The translations under genes were made by a program, and so were the position numbers. DNA of 64,000 nt from an uncultured bacterium. Its GTDB lineage: Bacteria; Oederibacteriota; Oederibacteriia; Oederibacteriales; Oederibacteriaceae. Position 1 is the first letter of the stretch. Each line of letters begins with the position of its first letter. Below the pieces are notes generated by a model that worked only from the letters and a program-made list of their open reading frames with translations, was not told the DNA's origin and did not search any database. Of this stretch, positions 1 to 8,560 are shown piece after piece. The stretch covers positions 1,856,001-1,920,000 of the forward strand of contig OZ218778.1 of the NCBI GenBank assembly GCA_965112635.1. The letters are read 5' to 3'.

Positions 1-1998
1 AAAAGTAATTCCAATAAGAGAAGCTATTTTCCTTTTTATTGTTTTTGGATAGTTGTAAGTTTATTTCTCCTCCTTTCTGTTTCCATGCTCCTTCAAATTG
101 CGCTTGCCCAAGACAATGCTTCTCATGTTGCCTCTATATCTGTTGATGAGGGTGTTAAGGCTTATTTAGGGGGGGATTTAGATAAGGCTATTTTATCCTT
201 TGAAGATGCGTTAAATTCCGGTCAGGACGCCGAAAAAATAAAGGCTCTTTTAGTAAAAGCCCTGGTGGAGCGGAGCAACCAGTTGTTCGTGCAGGGAGAT
301 TTTACCAAAGCTTTTACTTACTCCAGCCGCGCCAAAGAGTTAGCTCCCAATAACCAGGAAGTGGCCTTAATTAATAGCCTTATCCTGCAAGCTAAAAGAG
401 CCGTTGATGTGCGGCCTATCAGAAAAACAGAAACGGTTTTGATCAGGGAGACCAGCACTGCTAACCGCCAGATGCAGAAGCAAATAGGGCAATTACTAGA
501 GGCTTTCAAGCAGACCCAGCAGAAAATCTCCTTGTTGAATGTTTCACCCACAGCCGTATCAAAGTCGGTCGGCGCAGATATTATCTTTTATGTTTTATTG
601 ATTGGGGTGTTATTGGCCGGTGCGATTATCGTGTTTATTAGAGTGTGGTTTAGGTCCCACGAATCAATATTTACCCAGCAGCAAAATAAATTATTAGGTG
701 TCATCTATAACCAACAGCAAGTCCTGCTCAAAGATAACCAGAGGCTTGTTCCTGAGTCTACTCCAACCAACAAGGAAAGCATTAGCACGAGGGAAATGCT
801 CAGCGATCTCAATCCGCATGTCCGGGCCAGAGGCTTGGAGGTCTTGGCTGAGGAGCTCGAGCGCGAAAAGACTCCGAGCATTGTGGCCAAAAAGATCATT
901 ACCCCGTTTTTAAGCGAAAAAGACAATCGAGTCAGGGGCAATGCCGTTAAGGTTCTTTATAAATACGACGTTGAACAGGCGCGCGAGATCTTGAGGGAGA
1001 TGTTTTGGAGTGGCAATGAATGGATGAGGCTTTCGGCAGCTTGGGTAATCGGGGAAGTAGCGGATCACGAGGGTGCGAGATGGATATTGCAGGCTATGGA
1101 TGAGGCTCTGCCTCACCTGAAGCGGCGTTGCATCAAAACGATCCAGATATTTTTGAAGAATAGGAATCCACAATTACCCCTAGATCTTCATGACCAGATG
1201 AAGGAAACGCTGGAAAAATTTAGGGATTATGTAGAAGAGGAAAACTCCCGACCTAATAGCCAGTCAGGAGTTTTGGGCACTACTACGGACAGTAAGGGGG
1301 GGGCTACCGATGACAGTTCAAGCAGAAACATTTCGCCGAGGTGGAGGTACGTTTTAAAGAATTTATTTAGGAAACAGTGGCAAGCTCTAGAACGAGAGGT
1401 TCGGGAGCGCGAGCGGATAGCGTTCAAGTCCAGGGAAGACGTTGAATCTTTAGCTTTAGCAGAAAAGCAGAGGAATATTAGGCTTAGTACTGATATGGAA
1501 AAGTTGGAAAGGCAATATTTTGCCGTAAAAAAGAAGCTGGAAGAAGCAGAGAGCCAGTTTGCAGAATATAAAGCAGAGAATGACAGGGTGAGCAATCTGT
1601 TAAGTCAAAATTTGGCGGAGATCAATGAGCTCAAAAAGATCAAAGAAGATTTCAAAAAGGTCGTTGAAGAGAACAAAAACCTCCAGAATATGCTCATGGA
1701 TAAAAGTAGTTCTTGGGCCACGGTTGTTCCAGGCGGGAGCCCTATTCTCGATGAAAGCAAAAGCAAAGCGGATGATGTACAGAATCTGGTCAATTCATAC
1801 ACGGAATTGGAAAAACAGTGGCAAGCCATTTTGGCGGAGAAAGAAAGCCGTGTGGGTTCCCTTAAACAAAAAATGACGGAAACGGACGAGAAAGTCAAAA
1901 AAAAGGGGGAAGTTCGTAAGAAAGTAAGCAAAGAAAAAAGCAGCAGTATCGGAAGGTTGTATTATTTTGTGAACAAGAAATTGGGCGGTCTGCAGTAA
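1..1998 (+). CDS. Membrane protein with TPR, TM helix, HEAT repeats and C-terminal coiled coil (5' end lies outside the window)
   Basis: Frame is open from base 1 (KSNSNKRSYFPFYCFWIVVSLFLLLSVSMLL.., signal-like). TPR-like helices, TM IIFYVLLIGVLLAGAIIVFI, HEAT motifs (DLNPHVRARGLEVL, DNRVRGNAVKVL, NEWMRLSAAWVIGE), heptad-rich C-terminus. Confidence 0.7.
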   Translation, partial: KSNSNKRSYFPFYCFWIVVSLFLLLSVSMLLQIALAQDNASHVASISVDEGVKAYLGGDLDKAILSFEDALNSGQDAEKIKALLVKALVERSNQLFVQGDFTKAFTYSSRAKELAPNNQEVALINSLILQAKRAVDVRPIRKTETVLIRETSTANRQMQKQIGQLLEAFKQTQQKISLLNVSPTAVSKSVGADIIFYVLLIGVLLAGAIIVFIRVWFRSHESIFTQQQNKLLGVIYNQQQVLLKDNQRLVPESTPTNKESISTREMLSDLNPHVRARGLEVLAEELEREKTPSIVAKKIITPFLSEKDNRVRGNAVKVLYKYDVEQAREILREMFWSGNEWMRLSAAWVIGEVADHEGARWILQAMDEALPHLKRRCIKTIQIFLKNRNPQLPLDLHDQMKETLEKFRDYVEEENSRPNSQSGVLGTTTDSKGGATDDSSSRNISPRWRYVLKNLFRKQWQALEREVRERERIAFKSREDVESLALAEKQRNIRLSTDMEKLERQYFAVKKKLEEAESQFAEYKAENDRVSNLLSQNLAEINELKKIKEDFKKVVEENKNLQNMLMDKSSSWATVVPGGSPILDESKSKADDVQNLVNSYTELEKQWQAILAEKESRVGSLKQKMTETDEKVKKKGEVRKKVSKEKSSSIGRLYYFVNKKLGGLQ

Positions 1999-2101
1999 CC
2001 ATCCGTGAGTAAGTCTGTTTTCCTGACGCAAGAATTCCTAGAGTAGATTGGTTCTTTAAATTTGAGTAATTGGTTGCATAAAAACACGGAGGCGAGAAAA
2101 A

Positions 2102-4084
2102 GTGCCAGAGAAAAGCGAGGTTGTTTTAAATATTGAGGGTAACAGGGTAACGGTTTCTGCAGAGACCAGTTCTTTGTCTATTCTGCGGATGTTTGTGGAC
2201 AGAAAACTTCGGGAGTTTTCCTTCAAACAAGATGACATTGATGCAATCGAATTGGCCGTTGACGAAGCCTGCACAAATATTATTGAGTACGCTTATCCTG
2301 ATGCCCCAGGTCCAGAAAAGACCATTACGCTTGAAATTGGGTTGACCAGGGATGATGTCCATGTATTTATTATGGATTATGGAGTCCCCGTTCCCGAAAA
2401 GGTCGTAAAAAAATTTAGCAGCGTTAAAGGAAAGCCTAAAGGCGAACAAGTGGGGGGCTGGGGTATCTACTTAATTGCTAATTCGGTCAACGAGGTTCGA
2501 TATAGTCGCAAAAAGAACGCAAATATTTTGAGATTAAAAAGAAAGCGTTTGAAATTATCAGCAGTCGCAGGGAGGCGTCCTTTTTTTGTGGGCTCTCTTT
2601 CTTTACGGGCCCAATTTAACGCCTATATTTTCTTCATCTTTTTAGTAAGTGCTGTTTGTATAGCCTTTTTGATCATCCCACAAGAGCGCCGTATCATAGA
2701 AAGCAGATCAATCAACAATGGCATATGGCTGGCTAGGAATTTCGCCGGCAGGGTCACGGCTCCTTACTTAGCGCATGATCAGTTGACCCTGGCAGTAACC
2801 GCCCGCTTAATGGAGGAAAATCCCCAGGTCGCCTACGCTGTCATTACCGATTCAAAAGATATAGTCCAAATAGACCCAAAAGGGCAGCTGTCTGGTTTAT
2901 TATTCAGCCATGGGTATTTTGGAAATCCTATTTTAGCGCAAGAAAATGTGCGATGCAGAGAAGCGAGGGTTTTAGATATGAATGTCTATGACCTTCAGTC
3001 AGATCTCACAATCAGGCATCTTAATAAGGCAGTGACTCTCGGCTCCATTCACCTGGGTTTGAACCGCAATATCATTAATCAGGTCATCAATGATGCTATC
3101 AGGAACATTGGAATTATCGCTATTATGATCCTATTAGTCATACTTGTTTTAACGTCGATCATGACAGAGTTTGTAATTCGGCCTATTAGAAAGCTAATGG
3201 CCGGAGTTCGACAAATAGGGAACGGTTATTTCGATTATCGCCTTGATTTGAAAAGTACCCAGGAGTTAAAAGAGCTTTCGGATGCTTTTAATATCATGGC
3301 TCGCGACTTAAAGCAAGGGCGCGAAACGCAGCTAGAAAAGATCAAGATCGAGCAGGAGCTGGATATGGCCAGCCATGTCCAAAAACTGTTATTGCCCAAA
3401 GAGATCCCGTCCATTCCGGGTTGCGACTTTGGAATGTTCTACCGGTCAGCCAAACAACTGGGAGGAGATTATCTAGATTTTATACCTATCAGTGATGAGT
3501 TGATGGGTATTGTGATCGCCGATGTGGCAGGAAAGGGAGTTCCCGCCGCATTGATGATGTCCAATGTTCGGAGTACCCTAAGGGCTGCAGCTAAAAGCGA
3601 AAGGTCACCCAAAAAAGTTCTGACTTTTCTAAATGAGCAAATAACCAAAGATACCACGCCGGATGTTTTTATAACGATGCTTTACTGTATTTTTAATTTG
3701 CAAAACAGGGAAATTAAATATGCTTCAGCAGGACATTGTCCCTTGCTTTGCTTGCCTGCTGGACGCAATAAGATTATTGAATATAAAACCCTGGGTTTTC
3801 CACTGGGAATAGAGCAGGGGCCAAAGTTTGAGGAAAGGTTGGAAGAAGGGGATCAATTGTTAAAGACCGGAGATATTATAGTGTTATACTCCGACGGGGT
3901 GAATGAAGCTTTTAACAACAGAGGTGAAGAATTCGGAGAAAAGAGACTTTTTGAAGCCATTCTTAAGAACCAAGATTTAACTGCCCAGCAGTTAGCTACT
4001 CTAATTGAAAATGAAGTTAGTTCCTTTATTGGACAAAAGAAACGCAGCGATGATATCAGTATTATCACCTGTAAAATAAAATAA
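2102..4084 (+). CDS. Fusion of RsbW-like anti-sigma Ser kinase (HATPase_c), 2-TM periplasmic sensor, HAMP and SpoIIE/PP2C phosphatase
   Basis: ELAVDEACTNIIEYAY (N box), MDYG (G1), GGWGIYLI (G2); two TMs; HAMP RPIRKLMAGVRQIGNG..ELKELSDAFNIM; PP2C motifs GGDYLD, IADVAGKG, YSDGV, DDISI. GTG start after GGAGG. Confidence 0.9.
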   Translation: MPEKSEVVLNIEGNRVTVSAETSSLSILRMFVDRKLREFSFKQDDIDAIELAVDEACTNIIEYAYPDAPGPEKTITLEIGLTRDDVHVFIMDYGVPVPEKVVKKFSSVKGKPKGEQVGGWGIYLIANSVNEVRYSRKKNANILRLKRKRLKLSAVAGRRPFFVGSLSLRAQFNAYIFFIFLVSAVCIAFLIIPQERRIIESRSINNGIWLARNFAGRVTAPYLAHDQLTLAVTARLMEENPQVAYAVITDSKDIVQIDPKGQLSGLLFSHGYFGNPILAQENVRCREARVLDMNVYDLQSDLTIRHLNKAVTLGSIHLGLNRNIINQVINDAIRNIGIIAIMILLVILVLTSIMTEFVIRPIRKLMAGVRQIGNGYFDYRLDLKSTQELKELSDAFNIMARDLKQGRETQLEKIKIEQELDMASHVQKLLLPKEIPSIPGCDFGMFYRSAKQLGGDYLDFIPISDELMGIVIADVAGKGVPAALMMSNVRSTLRAAAKSERSPKKVLTFLNEQITKDTTPDVFITMLYCIFNLQNREIKYASAGHCPLLCLPAGRNKIIEYKTLGFPLGIEQGPKFEERLEEGDQLLKTGDIIVLYSDGVNEAFNNRGEEFGEKRLFEAILKNQDLTAQQLATLIENEVSSFIGQKKRSDDISIITCKIK

Positions 4085-4100
4085 GGAAAGGAGTTAGTCC

Positions 4101-4460
4101 ATGAGTGAAACTGGTTTGGATATTGTTATTGCCGGGACAGAGTCTAAAAAAGGATGCAAATTAATATTAAAAGGGTATTTAGACGCTGAAACTGTTCCAA
4201 AGTTAAATGCCAAAATGAAAGATGTTATCCAACAAAAAACAAGCAAAATAATACTTGATCTACAAGAGATATCTTTTATTAGCAGTGCAGGGTGGGGAGC
4301 GTTGGTGATTTTGGCAAAAACGGCTCAAAGAGAAAAAGGAAACATAGTACTAATCAATTTGGGCCCTAAGCTGGCCAGGACCTTTAATCTTTTGGACCTA
4401 TCTCCAATCTTGCAAGTATTTTCTAGTGAAGCCGATGCGTCTGCATTTTTGAATAAATAA
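4101..4460 (+). CDS. STAS-domain anti-sigma factor antagonist (RsbV/SpoIIAA family)
   Basis: LKGYLDAET..IILDLQEISFISSAGWG with the phospho-acceptor Ser; SD AGGAG. Confidence 0.9.
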   Translation: MSETGLDIVIAGTESKKGCKLILKGYLDAETVPKLNAKMKDVIQQKTSKIILDLQEISFISSAGWGALVILAKTAQREKGNIVLINLGPKLARTFNLLDLSPILQVFSSEADASAFLNK

Positions 4461-4654
4461 ACTAATCGGTAGGTCTAACGAAAGTTCAGTGGTAACCTTT
4501 TAATTAAAACTATTCTTCTGTCATTTATGATGCCTAATCCCTTTTATTCCATTTTTTTTAATATTCCTATTGATTTTATTGAAAATAGTTGTATTTTTGT
4601 GTTAAAATTGATATAATAAAATATGTTATAAAGTATGTAACAAAAGGGTTGCAA

Positions 4655-5524
4655 ATGCAAAAGTCTGTGGCTATTGGCACCGTGGTCAGAATGACCGGGC
4701 TCTCCAAGGTAGTGTTGCGTTATTGGGAAAAACTCGGTCTCATCAAACCTCTGCGTTCTGAAAAAGGACGCCGCCGTTATGATATGGACCAACTTAAAGA
4801 GATAATCAGGATCAAAGAACTCCTGAAAAAGCACCGTATGCGGGTTTCAGAACTGGTCAACTCCACCGAGCTTCTAAAAGATAACTTCCTAAAAACGATT
4901 TTTGACAACGAACTGGAACAGGATATTGATAACCTCAAGAGTGGAACAGGGGACCTTAAGCCAGGAGACTCAGGGTTTGTGCCGGATTCTATGGCCGCCA
5001 ATATTATGATGGAACGGATCGAACGAAGGATCGCCAAAGGTAAGCCGTTAGCCCTTATCTTCCTGGATATTCTCCATTTAGATGAATTCCGACAGCGGTA
5101 CGGGGAGGAGCGCACTAACAAACTTTTGAATTTTTCCGCTGTCCTTATTTTAGATATGATCGGCAGTTACGGGAATGCCGAGGATAGCGTACATCACCTT
5201 GGCCAGGGCCGGTTCATTATTCTTACCACTCCCAATAAATTTCAGGGTATCATCCCATCAATCCTTTCTTCCTTCCAAGAATTCGTTGTTTTTAAATATG
5301 ATGAGAAGGATCAGGCGCCTATGCTGTTGAGAATAAAATCCGGACTTTTAGAAGGGAAAGACCAGCCTGGAAAAGGATTTCCTGTCGCGGCCTTAAAAGT
5401 GCTTGTTCAGACCAACCGAAAGTTTATTAATCAAATCATGTCCAATCCAGAAAACAGGAGTGCTGATTCTGTTCTAAATAAGTTGAAAGAAACAAGCACG
5501 CCTTTTGTGCCGCCAACCTTATGA
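4655..5524 (+). CDS. MerR-type HTH regulator fused to a degenerate GGDEF-like domain
   Basis: IGTVVRMTGLSKVVLRYWEKLGLIKPLRSEKGRRRY (MerR); LALIFLDILHLDEFRQRYG..HHLGQGRFII (GGDEF fold, signature lost). Start moved to ATG 4655. Confidence 0.8.
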   Translation: MQKSVAIGTVVRMTGLSKVVLRYWEKLGLIKPLRSEKGRRRYDMDQLKEIIRIKELLKKHRMRVSELVNSTELLKDNFLKTIFDNELEQDIDNLKSGTGDLKPGDSGFVPDSMAANIMMERIERRIAKGKPLALIFLDILHLDEFRQRYGEERTNKLLNFSAVLILDMIGSYGNAEDSVHHLGQGRFIILTTPNKFQGIIPSILSSFQEFVVFKYDEKDQAPMLLRIKSGLLEGKDQPGKGFPVAALKVLVQTNRKFINQIMSNPENRSADSVLNKLKETSTPFVPPTL

Positions 5525-6210
5525 AGACACAACGCCTCATTCTTGCCTTTGAAACAGCTACTTCTCTTGGGAGCGTGGCTCTTTTAGATTCACTAAACCT
5601 GTTAGGTGAGGTGTTTTTCAGCCAATCCCAAAACTATGAAGCAAGCATCATTAAATCCGTTGATTATTTGCTTAGGCAGCATAATAAGAATATTAAGAAT
5701 ATTGATGTTATTGCTGTTTCTGCCGGGCCAGGTTCTTTCACAGGTTTGCGCGTAGGGCTGGCCACTGTCAGAGGACTGGCCCAAAGCCTAAACAAGAAAG
5801 TAGTACCTGTTTGCACTTTGGATTCAATGGCTTTCCAGGAAATGGAAATGTCTAGTATTGATCTTTGTCCACTACTGGATGCGAAACGAGGCGAGGTCTT
5901 TTCAGCAGTATACCGCAAAACTTATCAGGGGATTGCGAGGAATACCCAGCCCTTTGTGAGCAGCCCCGAAGAACTATGCCGTAGGATCAAAAGACCAACC
6001 TGCTTTTTCGGAGAGGGGTGGCTGAAATATGGATCTTTAATAAGAGAAAATTTGGGTGCTGTGGCAGTTGATGGGCCGCCTCATTCTGGAGTTAGAGCTT
6101 CAATCGTGGGATTAATAGCAGCCAAGTCAAGCATGTTAACCAGGGCTATTGATTATAATGAGGTAGAGCCCTGGTATATCCGCAGGCCTTTTGCAAAACA
6201 AAAGAGCTAA
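5521..6210 (+). CDS. tsaB: tRNA threonylcarbamoyladenosine biosynthesis protein TsaB
   Basis: LILAFETAT, GPGSFTGLRVG, LDAKRGEVF, PWYIR motifs. Confidence 0.95.
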   Translation: MKTQRLILAFETATSLGSVALLDSLNLLGEVFFSQSQNYEASIIKSVDYLLRQHNKNIKNIDVIAVSAGPGSFTGLRVGLATVRGLAQSLNKKVVPVCTLDSMAFQEMEMSSIDLCPLLDAKRGEVFSAVYRKTYQGIARNTQPFVSSPEELCRRIKRPTCFFGEGWLKYGSLIRENLGAVAVDGPPHSGVRASIVGLIAAKSSMLTRAIDYNEVEPWYIRRPFAKQKS

Positions 6211-6232
6211 GAATGTTGGGAAACCCAGAATA

Positions 6233-6679
6233 ATGCCCATAAATATCGAAAAAATGACCCCAAAAGACATAGATCGAGTTTGGGAGATCGATAAGGCTGC
6301 TTTTCCGCTTCCCTGGAGTAGGAATATGTATGAAAGAGAGTTTCAACACGGTCTTTCCTATTATTTTGTGGCCAGAGAAGATGGGGAAATTGTGGGTTTT
6401 GGGGGGTTTTGGAAAATTGAGCAAGAAGCTCATTTGACTAATTTTGGTGTACATCCCAATTATCAACATAAAGGAATAGGAAGGCAACTTTTGAAGGAAT
6501 TGTTGGAGCTGGCTGTTTCGCTAGGATGCCGCCGAGCAACCCTGGAGGTGAGGGTTAGTAATGAGCGGGCACGCCAATTTTATGAAAAAGCCGGTTTTGA
6601 TATGATTGCCATCAGAAAAAAATATTACCCCGATAATCAGGAAGACGCCCTGGTCTATTGGAACAACGGATTAAAATGA
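6233..6679 (+). CDS. rimI: Ribosomal protein S18 alanine N-acetyltransferase
   Basis: GNAT motif QHKGIG, TLEVRVSN..A..FYEK.GF..RKKYY..EDAL; classic tsaB-rimI order. Confidence 0.93.
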   Translation: MPINIEKMTPKDIDRVWEIDKAAFPLPWSRNMYEREFQHGLSYYFVAREDGEIVGFGGFWKIEQEAHLTNFGVHPNYQHKGIGRQLLKELLELAVSLGCRRATLEVRVSNERARQFYEKAGFDMIAIRKKYYPDNQEDALVYWNNGLK

Positions 6680-6841
6680 GTTACCCTTCCCTAAAAGGCT
6701 GACCGAAACAGCCAGAAATTCCTTGATTTAACAAACATAAAATGATAACTCTAGTCTTAATCATTTCCTAACAAAATACTAATAGTAGGAAACAATTCTG
6801 CGGAAATATTCCGTGATATTAAGATTAAGGAGGAATGGAAC

Positions 6842-8284
6842 ATGATACAGAAAAAGAAATTGTTCCAATTTTCAGCAGTACAAGTTTCCAGGAAAGGAGC
6901 CTTGGTTTTAATTATCGGGCTGGCAGCATTGCTGACTATGGGCATATCCCAGGGAATTTACGCCCAAAACGCGGCGGTTCAGCCGGGTACTACGCCGCAA
7001 GCAGTTGATGCCATGCAACCGGCCATTACAGTGCAGCCAACACCGCAACCCGCTACTATTATACCTAGCAATGCGGTTCAGCCTACAACCTTACAGGTCA
7101 ATTTGGGCAATAATGCCAATGTGACCCTGTACGGTGTTATTGACGCCAATATTGCCGACTCAACCGTTGGCGACAGCCATAGTACCGTCCAAACCAGAAC
7201 CGTGTTCGGGCAGGGCCTTTTTAACGGCAGCCGCTGGGGTATCAAAGGTTCCCAGGACTTGGGCAACGGCAACAAGGCCATTTTTGACCTGGAGAGCGGT
7301 TTTTACCTTGGTACCGCGGTTGCGGACCAGCAGGGCCAGTTGTTCGGCCGTCAGGCTTGGGTGGGTCTGGAAAGCAGCACCCTGGGGCAGTTGACGATGG
7401 GCCGTACTTACGGTACTTTTTCCGATGCCATCGGGCTCGGAGACGTGTTTACCGCGGCCCATGGCAATTTGGTGCTCTACAAACCCTCTGCTCCCGGCAC
7501 TGCCGCGGGTAACTACGGCGGAACTTTTGGGCAGGAAGACACGTTTTTTGAGAACTACTCCGGCCTGCGCTGGGATGAATCGGTCAAGTATACCGGCAAA
7601 TTCTGGGGCGTGACCGTTGGCGGGCAGTACGCGTTCGGCAACCCGGCCGGCGATCTTGACGGCAACTGCATGTATGCCGCCAGCCTGGGATACGACATGG
7701 AAAAACTAAAAGCCGTGGCTTCTTTCCAGAATGAGAATGACGGCATGGGCCGTAACCACCATGATGTCGGCGGCGGCCTGCAATGCAGCTGCATCCCGGC
7801 AGTTCAGCTTTATGGTTTCTACTTCCAGTCGAACTATGACAGGGGATTTGGGAACATCACCGTGGGTGATGAAATGATCGCGGGAACCGCCGTCACGACG
7901 ACAGGGATCGGTTCAACCGCTGTCGGCACCAACTCCGAGCTTTCCGGACCGGCTTCGGACCGCCAGGACCAAGTGCTGAACGTCGCGGCCAAATACGCCC
8001 CGGCAAGCGATTGGGAGTTTACCGCTTCTTATTTCAACGATTTTGCCTGCAATGTTGAGAGCGAAGGCGACTCCGGTACGCGTGATACCTATATGCTCGT
8101 AGCCGATTATTACCTCAGCAAACAGAGCGACATTTATGCCGCCTATGCTTACAGCAACCTCACCGGTGTTGTTGACGGCACCGTGGCCGGGCAGACGAAT
8201 TACTCGGCTGCTTCCGGAATGTTTGCCGCTGATGGCGTCAATGTGGCCCAACTCTATACCTTGGGCACTCGTTACCGCTTCTAG
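6842..8284 (+). CDS. General Gram-negative porin with a Q/P-rich N-terminal extension
   Basis: Signal peptide, VTLYGVID, SRWGIKGSQDLGNG..AIFDLESG, FGRQAWVGL..GQLTMGR, C-terminal GTRYRF. Confidence 0.9.
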   Translation: MIQKKKLFQFSAVQVSRKGALVLIIGLAALLTMGISQGIYAQNAAVQPGTTPQAVDAMQPAITVQPTPQPATIIPSNAVQPTTLQVNLGNNANVTLYGVIDANIADSTVGDSHSTVQTRTVFGQGLFNGSRWGIKGSQDLGNGNKAIFDLESGFYLGTAVADQQGQLFGRQAWVGLESSTLGQLTMGRTYGTFSDAIGLGDVFTAAHGNLVLYKPSAPGTAAGNYGGTFGQEDTFFENYSGLRWDESVKYTGKFWGVTVGGQYAFGNPAGDLDGNCMYAASLGYDMEKLKAVASFQNENDGMGRNHHDVGGGLQCSCIPAVQLYGFYFQSNYDRGFGNITVGDEMIAGTAVTTTGIGSTAVGTNSELSGPASDRQDQVLNVAAKYAPASDWEFTASYFNDFACNVESEGDSGTRDTYMLVADYYLSKQSDIYAAYAYSNLTGVVDGTVAGQTNYSAASGMFAADGVNVAQLYTLGTRYRF

Positions 8285-8302
8285 ATCTATTTTTTACCTG
8301 AC

Positions 8303-8340
8303 AAAAAAGCCCCTGTATTCAAGCACAGGGGCTTTTTTTT
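8303..8340 (+). terminator. Intrinsic terminator, probably bidirectional
   Basis: AAAAAAGCCCCTGT-loop-ACAGGGGCTTTTTTTT directly after the porin stop. Confidence 0.9.
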
Positions 8341-8560
8341 GAAAACCAGGTATTTTTGGATGACAAGAGCATGGTTGTTTTTCCTTGGATTTACTTTGTA
8401 AAACGACAATTCCTGTCATTAAAACAGTGACAAAAATATTTTTGGTATATACTCGCTAAACACGTTTTCTTTGTCTAGAATAACAGTGTTTTTAAATTTT
8501 AAAATCAGGACTGCCCAGGGACCTTTCATAAAAATGCGGCAGCCTATTAAAGGAGCAAAG

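Noticed and set aside
8400-8560. Riboswitch (ZTP/THF/glycine) or operator upstream of serA
   Set aside because: Only a weak CTGCC/GGCAG stem and a TGTCA-N9-TGACA palindrome; no consensus match.
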